Shown here piece by piece: positions 24,124-33,528 of a stretch of DNA of 64,000 bases (position 1 is its first letter; each line of letters begins with the position of its first letter). The translations under genes and the position numbers were made by a program. The DNA comes from an uncultured Chroococcidiopsis sp. GTDB taxonomy: Bacteria; Cyanobacteriota; Cyanobacteriia; Cyanobacteriales; Chroococcidiopsidaceae. The stretch is from contig CAXTYC010000002.1 in NCBI GenBank assembly GCA_964248365.1, positions 230,547 to 294,546 of the forward strand. Reading direction: 5' to 3'. The notes beneath the pieces are model-generated. The model searched no databases. It saw only the letters and a list, made by a program, of their open reading frames with translations, and had not been told where the DNA came from.

Positions 24124-25821
24124 ATGAGATTTAAGTGGTTTGATCGTCTGGGTGATTGGAATCCTCAGCTATTGCGAGAGATAAAAGGAAGATTCAAAGC
24201 TCGCAATTTAATTATTGCAGGGGCAATTTCTTTGCTTGGGCAATTTTTATTATTGAGGGTTTTTCAAACTGGATTACCAATTGCCAAGCCAGGGTTGTTA
24301 GAACCGATTACGAACAAATATTGCACTGACACTTCTAATGGATATGTTTTACCTGAGTGTCTGATAGATTCTCTGGGAAATATTGAGATTAACTGGCAAC
24401 TATGGTGGCAAGACGTATTCCTATTGCTGAGCTTGTTAGGCGTTTTCGCCTTGCTAGTAGGGGGAACTCACCTACTAATCAGTGACTTGGCGCATGAGGA
24501 GCGAAAGGATACGCTAAATTTCATTCGTCTTAGCCCCCAGTCGCCCCAAAGCATTTTATTCGGTAAACTGCTAGGAGTGCCGATTCTGCTCTATATTGAG
24601 GTAGGCTTAGCTCTACCTCTACACTTGTGGGCGGGGTTATCTGCTCAAATTTCTTTGGGTCTAATTTTAAGCTTCTACGGGCTGCTGTTTGCCAGTTGTC
24701 TATTCTTCTATAGTGCGGCGCTGCTGTATGGTTTAGTTAGTTCTTGGCTAGGTGGATTTCAAGCTTTGTTGGGTAGTGGTTCGGTTTTTGCTTTGCTTTC
24801 AATCGCTTCTTTCAAACCAATATTTCATACTCCAGGCGACTGGCTAAATTTGTTTTCTCCCTTGCTGATTTTGAAGCATTTGATTGCTGCAACTAACTCA
24901 GAATACTCTTCTGATTTACCCGTTGTCACAGATTTAGAATGGTTTTATTTGCCAATAGGAACAAGCATATTAGCCGTCGTTGGTTTAGCTTTAATCAACT
25001 ATGGCTTGTGGACTTACTGGAGTTGGGGGGCTTTGCTGCGGCGCTTCCCCAATCCTGGGAAGAGTGTATTTAGCAAGGCGCAAAGTTATTTATTAGTAGC
25101 AAGTTTGGAAGTAATGATCGTCGGATTTGCTGCTACATCGCCAAAATTCCCATTTTCAACGGAGTTGTCATTCAACTTCAAAGAGTTACTTGCACTCAAT
25201 CTGTTGCTGTTTTTAGGATTGATTGTGGCTTTGACACCGCAAAGACAAGCTTTGCAAGATTGGGCGCGTTATCGGCGGGAACGAGTTTCTAGTCGTAAAG
25301 CTTTCTGGAACAAATCGCTAGTACAGGATTTGATTTGGGGAGAAAAAAGCCCTGCAATTGTAGCGATCGCTCTGAATCTAGCAATTGCAGCTACAATGTT
25401 AGTTCTCCAAATTGTGTTTGTGCTTCAGGATGTTGACAAGCAACCAGCTTTCTTGAGTGTGGTAATTGGCGCGAATTTGATTTTGATTTATACTGCGATC
25501 GCCCAACTATTGATGTTCATGCAAACGCAAAAGCTTGCCTTGTGGGTAACTGGTACAGTAGGAGGGGCAATTTCATTGCCTCCAGCTATCCTCACATTAC
25601 TCACCCTTGCACCGGATAAAGCTCCCCAATTGTGGTTATTTACACCTTTTGCCTGGAGTGCTCTAGAACAAGCTAGCACATCTACTATTTTTCTAGCATT
25701 GCTAGGTCAGTGGAGTATATTTACACTGTGTAGCTTGCGAATGACTCGCCAGATTCGACAAGCTGGAGAATCTACCTCCAAAAACCTATTTGCAGAACGT
25801 AAATCTTTACCCAGCAGTTAG
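24124..25821 (+). CDS. ABC-2-type transporter permease (multi-pass membrane protein)
   Basis: WNPQLLREIKGR, EERKDTLNFIRLSP...ILFGKLLG, many hydrophobic segments; follows the ATPase gene. Confidence 0.8.
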   Translation: MRFKWFDRLGDWNPQLLREIKGRFKARNLIIAGAISLLGQFLLLRVFQTGLPIAKPGLLEPITNKYCTDTSNGYVLPECLIDSLGNIEINWQLWWQDVFLLLSLLGVFALLVGGTHLLISDLAHEERKDTLNFIRLSPQSPQSILFGKLLGVPILLYIEVGLALPLHLWAGLSAQISLGLILSFYGLLFASCLFFYSAALLYGLVSSWLGGFQALLGSGSVFALLSIASFKPIFHTPGDWLNLFSPLLILKHLIAATNSEYSSDLPVVTDLEWFYLPIGTSILAVVGLALINYGLWTYWSWGALLRRFPNPGKSVFSKAQSYLLVASLEVMIVGFAATSPKFPFSTELSFNFKELLALNLLLFLGLIVALTPQRQALQDWARYRRERVSSRKAFWNKSLVQDLIWGEKSPAIVAIALNLAIAATMLVLQIVFVLQDVDKQPAFLSVVIGANLILIYTAIAQLLMFMQTQKLALWVTGTVGGAISLPPAILTLLTLAPDKAPQLWLFTPFAWSALEQASTSTIFLALLGQWSIFTLCSLRMTRQIRQAGESTSKNLFAERKSLPSS

Positions 25822-25882
25822 AGAAATTTGGTGCAGCAAGGCAAATCAGAACGGAAATAACTAGCTAAAGTGAAGCATCAAA

Positions 25883-25915
25883 AAACCCGTCCTACTTTTT
25901 AGTCAGGGCGGGTTT
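25883..25915 (+). terminator. Hairpin downstream of ABC permease (REP-derived, probable terminator)
   Basis: AAACCCGTCCT-N11-AGGGCGGGTTT followed by T-rich sequence. Confidence 0.55.
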
Positions 25916-26040
25916 ATGTTGTTTAAGATTTTGTCTTAACATATTAATTTTCAAAGCAAAAGTAGCTAAATCAGTCTTGTCGGGCAAGATGCCCAACCCA
26001 CCAAAATCAGCAATTAGATTAAATTTATCAGGTAGGTAGA

Positions 26041-26191
26041 CTGAGATCTTGCCGCATTCTCAAGACGCATCCAGACCCAGCTCGAAAACCCTTTCGAGGC
26101 TAATAGCACTTGTCTACTGAAGTAGACTAAAAACCAATTGTAGTCGGATTTATCCGACTTGGACTATAAGCCTGTGAATTAATTCACAGGC
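26041..26191. mobile_element. Four-hairpin MITE-like element, copy 1 (left end only)
   Basis: Starts CTGAGATCTTGC. Palindromes CTCGAAA..TTTCGAG, GTCTACT..AGTAGAC, AGTCGGAT..ATCCGACT, GCCTGTGAATTAATTCACAGGC. Confidence 0.6.
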
Positions 26192-26729
26192 GGTTATTTT
26201 TACGCATAGGTTTATTCTGTACAGTGTCATCCACAACCAACCTCCTAGAAGCGATGTCAGAATCAGCAAAAAACACTGTCCAATGAGCAGTAAGATAACA
26301 ATCATCAGCCTGCGGTACAGTTACACTAAACCCTGAGACTACTTGCCCAGGTAAAATGTCAGATGAACCCTTGTTTTGCCATTCTAAATATATATATTTG
26401 CTTTCTTCGGTTGTAACTAAATTAACATTCCAATTTCCAGGTGATTTGGTGCTGTTTTGAGGAATTCCAGATTCAAAAGTCCAACCAACTGGGGGAACCT
26501 TTAACTCTGCAATTCCGTGATAGTAATCGTATCCAATAGCAAACCATACAATTTTTTTGCTGCTATTGTTAATTACTTGGTAGTGGTAATTCACTTTTCT
26601 ATTAGCAAATGTTTTTTGAGATTTAACTGTAACTTTATCATTTAGAAATGCTTGGGCATAAACAATTTCACAATAACAAAGCATTATAGGTATCAGACCA
26701 ATTAAGAATGCTTTGATTGTTCTTTTCAT
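26184..26729 (-). CDS. Hypothetical secreted beta-rich protein (AT-rich)
   Basis: Signal-peptide-like MKRTIKAFLIGLIPIML...VYAQA, then YHYQVINN...PVGW...ILPGQVVSGFSVTVP; 181-aa ORF. Confidence 0.7.
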   Translation of the reverse strand: MKRTIKAFLIGLIPIMLCYCEIVYAQAFLNDKVTVKSQKTFANRKVNYHYQVINNSSKKIVWFAIGYDYYHGIAELKVPPVGWTFESGIPQNSTKSPGNWNVNLVTTEESKYIYLEWQNKGSSDILPGQVVSGFSVTVPQADDCYLTAHWTVFFADSDIASRRLVVDDTVQNKPMRKNNRL

Positions 26730-26902
26730 GAATATATTTCTATTTTTATTTAAATAAGCGGCTTCATTCTACCCGCAATTATTCATTTTATGATATTATT
26801 AATTATTAGCAAAGGGAAAGAAATCTATTTGCTAGAGCCGAATTTAATTAAAAATCGTTTAGCTAGAAATTCAATCTGGATGCAAGTAAGTTATACATAA
26901 TT

Positions 26903-26923
26903 GGTGGGCAATGCCCACCCTAC
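26903..26923 (-). repeat. GTAG-family REP palindrome
   Basis: Reverse complement GTAGGGTGGGCATTGCCCACC. Relatives at 21721-21743, 25979-26003 and a half copy at 49567-49581. Confidence 0.7.
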
Positions 26924-26943
26924 TAGTCTCCAGCCCCTAGCCC

Positions 26944-27831
26944 CTAGCCCCTTTTTAGTGCTTTTTTCAACAAGTCGGGAATCTCGGAAGGGCGTTGAGC
27001 AATTGGGACGAGTGCTGTCTTAAAAGCTTCTAGCTTACTTTGAGCGGTTCCTATGTTATCTCCCCTACCAACCATAGCCGCTAAAGTGCCTGTATGTCCC
27101 CAATGCTTGTCTGGGGGTGCTTGTCTACCTGCAATATAGGCAATGACTGGCTTATCAATTACCTCGGCAATGTAGCGGGCGGCGGCTTCTTCGCTGTTCC
27201 CGCCTGGTTCCCCCACTAAAACGATCGCCTCTGTTGATTCATCTTCATCTAGAATTTGCAGCCATTGGAGAAACGAGGAACCAGTAATCGCGTCGCTGCC
27301 AATACTCACACTAATAGATTGTCCTAACCCTGCCTTGGTGAGTTCCAAGGCTATTTCATAGGTAAGCGTAGTACTACGACTAACAATTCCTACCGAACCA
27401 GGAGTATAAAATTCACTGGTGTGAGTACCTAAGAGAATTTTGCCTGGGACAATGATACCTGGGCTATTTGGTCCTACGATAATAATTTCTGCTGCCTCGG
27501 TTAGGCGCAGTAATTGAACCATATCGAGAGGAGGCACACCTGCTGAAATGATAACCAGCTGCCGGATACCAGAGGCGATCGCTTCTTTGGCGGCATCTAG
27601 TGCCAGGTAAGGAGCGACAAAAATGATTGTGGTATCGATTGTACCAACTGAGGCGATCGCCTGCTCTACCAAATCGAATACTGGCACATCTTGCACTATC
27701 TGTCCACCCTCCCCAGGACTAACAATAGCAACAATATTTGTGCCATAAGCTTTCATGCGCTGGGCATGGGTTGACGCAACCTGTTCGATCATGCCCTGAA
27801 TTAAAACTTTACTCTCAGGTGTTAATTTCAT
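26944..27831 (-). CDS. sucD: Succinyl-CoA synthetase alpha subunit
   Basis: IVGPNSPGII, GIVSRSTTLTYE, IVLVGEPGG, WGHTG (phospho-His); overlaps sucC stop by 1 nt. Confidence 0.9.
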   Translation of the reverse strand: MKLTPESKVLIQGMIEQVASTHAQRMKAYGTNIVAIVSPGEGGQIVQDVPVFDLVEQAIASVGTIDTTIIFVAPYLALDAAKEAIASGIRQLVIISAGVPPLDMVQLLRLTEAAEIIIVGPNSPGIIVPGKILLGTHTSEFYTPGSVGIVSRSTTLTYEIALELTKAGLGQSISVSIGSDAITGSSFLQWLQILDEDESTEAIVLVGEPGGNSEEAAARYIAEVIDKPVIAYIAGRQAPPDKHWGHTGTLAAMVGRGDNIGTAQSKLEAFKTALVPIAQRPSEIPDLLKKALKRG

Positions 27832-29018
27832 TAGCGTTTATGGGCAGATGACTTGGCAAGACGGACTGCCCCAGCTACAGCCTCATCTAAATTTTCCACT
27901 GCTGGCACTTGTACTTGTGCTAATCGCTCTTTAGCTGAGTCTAAGTCAGATCCGGCAAGACGAACAACTATCTGGGGGTGGTGGATGTGCGAACGAGTTT
28001 TGCTAGTTGTGCGCTGAGACGATCCCACAAATTTAGCAATAACTTCAGCTACTTCTAATGTAGTAGGAACACTGCTGAGAATATTTACTAATATTACTTG
28101 AATATTTTTATCGCCGCACAGAAATTCCAACCCTTGTTCAATGCGATCGCTAAAGGTGAGCGCCGCCCAATCTGTGTTACGTCCATGCCCTACATTTAGA
28201 CAAGCGGCTGGCTTTTTGCCACCAATATCGGCTAGTAGATCCAAAGTTGACATCAATAATCCGGCTCCATTGCCTAAAATAGCAATATTCCCCGATTTAT
28301 CGACTTCATTCCATCTACCTATTTGATTTGGGGGTTGTCGCCCACTAGCATGAGTAGCTATTTTTTCTGCCATTAGAGCAATATCTGGATGACGAGCGAT
28401 CGCTTGCTCATTGACTGTTACTTTTCCATCAAGTGCCATCAGTTCACCTGTAGAACTAACACCTAATGGATTAATTTCTACTAAATCCAAATCTTTCTGC
28501 ACAAATAGAGCGTACATTTTCTCCACAATTGCGCTGACAGATTGAATCAAATTTCCTTGCAATCCCATTTTTACTGCCAGCCGTCGGGCATAGAATGGTG
28601 AAAATTCCTGCTCAACGACAACGTGCTGCAAAGCTTCTGGATTTGATTCTACATCTATACCCCCTTGCACAGAACCTAGAAGTAGGGGTTTACGAGCTAC
28701 TGCGTCTAACACGATGGCAAGGTAAAATTCTTGGTCGGAATCATACTTTGCTTCAGCTAACAGGACAGAGGGAAATTCATCGAAAATCGGCAAGTTAAAG
28801 ATTGTTTGCGCGGCTGCGATCGCATCGATCGTATTTGTCACCACCTTTACCCCGCCAGCTTTTCCCCTTCCACCAGTACGCACTTGGGATTTAAGTACTA
28901 CGGGATAGGGAATCTTTAAACCCTTAAGATCGCGGGGTCTGTCAATTCTCTGAGACGGCAAAACTGGTATGCCCATCTCTCGAAACCATTCCTTAGCTTG
29001 GTACTCTAATAAATCCAT
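27831..29018 (-). CDS. sucC: Succinyl-CoA synthetase beta subunit
   Basis: MDLLEYQAKE, KSQVRTGGRGKAGGV, VEINPL, GNGAGL. Confidence 0.9.
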   Translation of the reverse strand: MDLLEYQAKEWFREMGIPVLPSQRIDRPRDLKGLKIPYPVVLKSQVRTGGRGKAGGVKVVTNTIDAIAAAQTIFNLPIFDEFPSVLLAEAKYDSDQEFYLAIVLDAVARKPLLLGSVQGGIDVESNPEALQHVVVEQEFSPFYARRLAVKMGLQGNLIQSVSAIVEKMYALFVQKDLDLVEINPLGVSSTGELMALDGKVTVNEQAIARHPDIALMAEKIATHASGRQPPNQIGRWNEVDKSGNIAILGNGAGLLMSTLDLLADIGGKKPAACLNVGHGRNTDWAALTFSDRIEQGLEFLCGDKNIQVILVNILSSVPTTLEVAEVIAKFVGSSQRTTSKTRSHIHHPQIVVRLAGSDLDSAKERLAQVQVPAVENLDEAVAGAVRLAKSSAHKR

Positions 29019-29024
29019 TTTTTT

Positions 29025-29225
29025 AGGGGCTAGAGGCTAGGGGCTAGGGGCTAGGGGCTAGAAAGAGGGCTAGGGGAGCAAAGGGAGGCTGGGGAGTAAA
29101 GGGAGGCTGGAGACCCACGACCCACGATAGGAAACAGGAGACCCACGACCCACGACAGGATGTTTAATTCTTCTCCCCTTTGCTCCCCTTTGCTTTCCCC
29201 TAGCCCCAGCGCCCCTAGTCCCTAC
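29025..29225. repeat. STRR arrays with internal GACCCAC repeats
   Basis: GGGGCTA array, GGAGACCCACGACCCACGA x2, complementary CCCCTAG units. Confidence 0.75.
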
Positions 29226-30120
29226 TCCCTCGTGTTTGCCATTCTTTGGCGACGAGATTGATACCATAAAAACGTTGCCAAAACTTATCTACGATTCTAG
29301 TGGGTAAAACTTTTGTCATGATAAACAAAAGAAACTTACCCCCAGTTGCTGCAATATAACGCGGAGGTGGGTTACGGTCTGTAAGAGCTTGTACAATTAC
29401 CTCGGCGACTCGCTCTGAAGTCCAAGCGCGGCTACTGGTTTGTTTCTCTAGTCCTTTTAACTTCTCAAAAGCAGCTCGATAAGGTGTATTTTCCGGCTTG
29501 GCTACCGTTTCCTCGACTGCTTGGGCAGCTGCAATAAAAAAATTGGTGCTGACTGGACCTGGTTCAATTACACTGACTTTAATATTAAATGGTTCAAGTT
29601 CCATTCGCAGGGCATCGCTGAGTCCTTCTAGGGCAAATTTAGAAGCACTATATAAGCCCCCAAAGGGAAAAGCCATCCGTCCTCCCAGAGAACTGATATT
29701 AATAATTCTACCGCCGCCCCTCTCGCGCATAGTAGGTATTAAGGCGCAAATCAAGGCAAGGGGTCCAAGGACATTAATTTGAAACTGTCGTTGAGTAGCA
29801 GAGTAGGGGACTAGCTCAATTGGTCCCATTTGTCCATAGCCTGCATTGTTAATTAAAGCATCAACTCGACCGAAAGAAGCGATCGCACTTTTTGCTAATG
29901 CTTCTATTTCCTCAATATTTGCTAAATTTGTGGGAACTACTAATACTTCTGCCCCAGCTTTGCGGCAAAGGGTAGCAACAGCTTCTAGTTTTTCGGCATT
30001 TCGGGCGGCTAAGACGAGGCGAATGCCCAAAAAGCGATTGGCTAAAAGTTGTGCTAGCGCCGCCCCAATTCCCACCGACGCACCAGTGATCAGTACAACT
30101 TGTTCAGATAAAGAGGACAT
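29215..30120 (-). CDS. Short-chain dehydrogenase/reductase
   Basis: ITGASVGIG, INNAGYG, YSASKFAL, IEPGPVST. Confidence 0.95.
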   Translation of the reverse strand: MSSLSEQVVLITGASVGIGAALAQLLANRFLGIRLVLAARNAEKLEAVATLCRKAGAEVLVVPTNLANIEEIEALAKSAIASFGRVDALINNAGYGQMGPIELVPYSATQRQFQINVLGPLALICALIPTMRERGGGRIINISSLGGRMAFPFGGLYSASKFALEGLSDALRMELEPFNIKVSVIEPGPVSTNFFIAAAQAVEETVAKPENTPYRAAFEKLKGLEKQTSSRAWTSERVAEVIVQALTDRNPPPRYIAATGGKFLLFIMTKVLPTRIVDKFWQRFYGINLVAKEWQTRGSRD

Positions 30121-30305
30121 GATTATAGGATTTTGGATTTTAGATTTTGAATTGTTAAATCAGTATCAAGAGGGTATTTACTCAGCCTAGTAATTTTGAG
30201 GCTATAGTTAATACTCAAAAATCAGGGCAGCGATCGCTCACTGCCCTTTATAATAGAGGATTAATTTTAGATTGTTAGCGGCTACCTAGTCTTATATCTT
30301 TACTT

Positions 30306-30480
30306 AGATCTTGCACTAACTTTTCAACTCGACAGGAAATCAATTTCCTGTCTGATAGTGAAAACCTGTTAAAACAGGTTGTAATACTTGTTCGATGGAT
30401 ACGCACTCAGTTTTAACTGACGAGCAGCTATTAGCCCTGAAAGGGAGTTCAGGGCTGCTGTGAGCCGAGGTGCAAGATCT
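30306..30480. mobile_element. Four-hairpin MITE-like element, copy 2 (both ends present)
   Basis: Perfect 11-bp terminal inverted repeat AGATCTTGCAC / GTGCAAGATCT. Internal hairpins at 30331-30352, 30363-30380, 30407-30420 and 30433-30456. Confidence 0.7.
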
Positions 30481-30519
30481 GGTTTTAGTGACAAGTTAGG
30501 TCGCCGCCAGAAGCAGGAT

Positions 30520-32763
30520 CTAGGGTGATATCTTGGTTACAAAGGCATCAGCTTCGCCACCCAAAGTACTGTCGAAGGCATTCTTGGTCGGAAAGTCACT
30601 TGAGAGAGTTTGCCCTGTGACATAGGCATTACCACGCAAATCTACTGCAATTCCAGAGGCATTATCAAAGTTGTTTCCCCCCAGGTAGGAGGAGTAAACT
30701 AAGCTATTGCCCCTAGGATTCAACTTCGTCACGAAGGAATCGTTTAAGCCGGATAAATTGCTATCGAAAGCATTTTTGATTGGGAAGTTATTTGAACTGG
30801 TAGTTCCTGTCACATAAGCATTGCCTTGCAAGTCAACTGCAATTCCAAAGCCTTCATCTGTATCGGAATAGACGGTAGAGATGCCCCCAAGATAGGTGGA
30901 GTAGACGAGGGAGGCTTCCCCAGATGCATTTGGGTTCACCTTGGTGATAAAAGCATCTTGAGTGCCTTGAAGTGAGCTATCAAAGGCATTTTTAGTCGGG
31001 AAGTCATTAGATTGGGTTCTTCCTGTAACATAGGCGTTGCCGCGAACATCAACTGCGATCGCCCTACCAAACTCACCACCGCTACCTCCCAGGTAGGAAG
31101 AGTAGACAAGAGAGGCTGCGCCCGATGCATTTGGGTTTATCTTGGTCACAAAAGCCTCGGAATCATTAACAGCACCGACAAAAGTGGTATCGAAAGCATT
31201 CTTGAGGGGAAAGTCGCTTGAGTAGGTTATCCCAGTAACATAAGCATTGCCTTGCAAATCGGTGGCAATTCCATAGCCAGCATCAAATTGGCTACCTCCA
31301 AGGTAGGTGGAGTAAACGAGGGAGGCATCCCCAGATGCATTTGGGTTTAACTTGGCTACAAAGGCATTTAAGTTGCCCTTAAAGGTGCTATCAAAGGCAT
31401 TCTTGGTGGGGAAGTTAGTTGAGTTAGTCTCTCCTGTGACATAGACATTACCTCGCAAGTCCACTGCGATCGCGTTACCATAATTAGCACCATTGCCACC
31501 GCTACCCCCCAGGTAGGTCGAGTAGAGTAGGCGATCGCCTCCCTCATTCAACTTTGTCACAAAAGCATTGGAGAAGCTACTCAAATTGCGAGCAAAGGCA
31601 TTCTCGCTGGTTGGGAAATCAACCGAGCTGGTAGAACCCGTGACATAAACATTGCCGCGCAAGTCGGTGGCAATTCCATTGCCATCATCACTACTGCTAC
31701 CCCCAAGGTAAGTAGAGTAAACCAGGGAGGCGGTGGCGGATGCATTTGGGTTGAACTTGGTCACAAAGGCATCACCACCGCCCAAAGTGCTATCCAAAGC
31801 ATTCTTGGTGGGAAAGTCACTTGAGCCAGTACCCCCTGCAACATAGACATTACCTTGCAAGTCGACGGCGAGCGCTCTGCCAATATCCCCACTGCTACCC
31901 CCTAGATAAGTCGAGTAACTCAGCACAGGGTCAATTACTAGTCGCTGACTGGGTTCATACGTTGCTACTTTAAACCCTACTTCTTGCTTTCCAAGCAGGA
32001 CATAACTCCCAGCTATGACTTTTTTGTGTCCGTTGATTTCTTGATAAACTATCGGTCGATGCTGGCGAAGTACACCTTTTTGTGTATGCAGCACCAAGTT
32101 TCCCTGTCGATCAATTTCTAGCCGAGAAGCTCCCGCTACCCGAAACTTAATATTTTGCGGATTTCCACCAGGGGCGACTATCCAGTCATATTCCAAACGC
32201 CCTTGGTTGCCGTAATACACTAAGTCAATCCCAGGGTAAACTGCACTGTACTGCACTTTGCCATAGTGTGCAATATTTGTGTGCCATTTGGTAGCATCTT
32301 TGCCCTTCAGGTAGTTGCTTTTACCTGGCAACTGCTTCAAACCTTTAACTTGTGCCGTAGGATTAGAACCGACTAGCTGCAAGCGCAGAACACTTTTTTG
32401 GCTCTTGGTAGTTGGTTGTGTTACTGCTGGCTTAGTAGGAGTTTGACGCAGGGTTAACACTGCCTCGGAAGGTGTCAAAAACACACTGTAGCCATTGCCC
32501 CGTGCCAGAAAATTGACTTGCTTGTCTGTCTGCCCTTGATTTGCTTCAAAACTCAACGGCAGTTTAGCGTAAGCTTGTAGCACTCTGGCTTTGGTGGCAG
32601 CATCCGGCTGGTTTTGGGAGGGAGAATTGCTTGTGGAAGCATTAGAACCTACGGGGATAGTTGCACCAGGGGTTGCTAAGCTCAGCACAAGTGCTAAAGA
32701 ACCCAAGACGCTGGTTTTGAGAAAAATCCCCTGTCGTTGCCCAAGAGATGTAGTTTTATGCAT
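30520..32763 (-). CDS. Secreted SBBP-repeat (seven-bladed beta-propeller) protein
   Basis: Signal peptide; N-domain LPLSFEANQGQ...YPGIDLVYYG...LEYDWIVAPG...LVIDP; seven ~60-68-aa repeats LxYSTYLGGS..G.xIAVD.xGNxYVTG.T.S.DFP..NAF...AFVTK. Confidence 0.9.
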   Translation of the reverse strand: MHKTTSLGQRQGIFLKTSVLGSLALVLSLATPGATIPVGSNASTSNSPSQNQPDAATKARVLQAYAKLPLSFEANQGQTDKQVNFLARGNGYSVFLTPSEAVLTLRQTPTKPAVTQPTTKSQKSVLRLQLVGSNPTAQVKGLKQLPGKSNYLKGKDATKWHTNIAHYGKVQYSAVYPGIDLVYYGNQGRLEYDWIVAPGGNPQNIKFRVAGASRLEIDRQGNLVLHTQKGVLRQHRPIVYQEINGHKKVIAGSYVLLGKQEVGFKVATYEPSQRLVIDPVLSYSTYLGGSSGDIGRALAVDLQGNVYVAGGTGSSDFPTKNALDSTLGGGDAFVTKFNPNASATASLVYSTYLGGSSSDDGNGIATDLRGNVYVTGSTSSVDFPTSENAFARNLSSFSNAFVTKLNEGGDRLLYSTYLGGSGGNGANYGNAIAVDLRGNVYVTGETNSTNFPTKNAFDSTFKGNLNAFVAKLNPNASGDASLVYSTYLGGSQFDAGYGIATDLQGNAYVTGITYSSDFPLKNAFDTTFVGAVNDSEAFVTKINPNASGAASLVYSSYLGGSGGEFGRAIAVDVRGNAYVTGRTQSNDFPTKNAFDSSLQGTQDAFITKVNPNASGEASLVYSTYLGGISTVYSDTDEGFGIAVDLQGNAYVTGTTSSNNFPIKNAFDSNLSGLNDSFVTKLNPRGNSLVYSSYLGGNNFDNASGIAVDLRGNAYVTGQTLSSDFPTKNAFDSTLGGEADAFVTKISP

Positions 32764-33011
32764 CTGAGAAAACCTTTTTAAAAGACGTGCCTAGACCAAT
32801 GCAAGATTAATTTCATTGCATTGGATAGTACTCTCTCAACTCTTACGTGAAGACAAATGGTAGATAAGTTAGATGCTGCAACGAATTTGAGTACTACACA
32901 AGCAAAAACATACGGCTGATGGAATGGGTGGGGCAACCGTGAAATTACCTAAGTTAAATAGGGTAGCTCAGCATAATATCAGTGAAATTACTCAAGTAGC
33001 AGCAACAATCA

Positions 33012-33183
33012 CCTGTCACTTAAGTGACAGGCTGATAGCCCTCACCCGTTGAAACTCGTTTGAAGCTTGCAAGGCGAGTCTACTTTAGTAGACTTCTACT
33101 GTCGGTTCCTTGGAATTAATTCCCCTGCGGGCTATTGCGCGCGCTTGAGCCTGGGGTTTAAACCCCAGGCTGCAAGATCTCAG
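33012..33183. mobile_element. Four-hairpin MITE-like element, copy 3 (right end only)
   Basis: CCTGTCACTTAAGTGACAGG, AGTCTACTTTAGTAGACT, AGCCTGGGGTTTAAACCCCAGGCT; ends GCAAGATCTCAG. Confidence 0.6.
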
Positions 33184-33528
33184 GTTATAGAGATGGATTC
33201 GTAGCGCGTCTTTACAAATCTTGAGATTCCCAGCTGTGTATAACCAGAACAGGTAGAACTTTAAGAAATCTCCAATATTTTTTACAAAAAAATACAAAAT
33301 TAAATAAAAAAAAGATAATAACTCTTTTGTGTAACTTTTTCATGTTATAGTCCTCAAACTTCAAATAGTATGATTGAGTTACTTAATTGGTAGTTGGTAG
33401 TTGGTAACTGGTAACTGTAATGCTCTTAGCATCACTTGTACTTAATTTAAGTTTTTTAAAGAATATTTGACTTTAAATTCAATATTTGCAAATCATTTGT
33501 TCACATAAACAATCAGGGATTGAGCTAT

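Noticed and set aside
29070..29267. 65-aa ORF downstream of the SDR
   Set aside because: Almost entirely translated tandem repeats.
30520..31930. SBBP nucleotide repeats as a diversity-generating retroelement or CRISPR
   Set aside because: The repeats are in-frame protein blades, and no reverse transcriptase or non-coding template repeat is seen in the window.
33085..33297. 70-aa minus-strand ORF
   Set aside because: It runs through the palindromic element, has a TTG start and shows no protein-like features.
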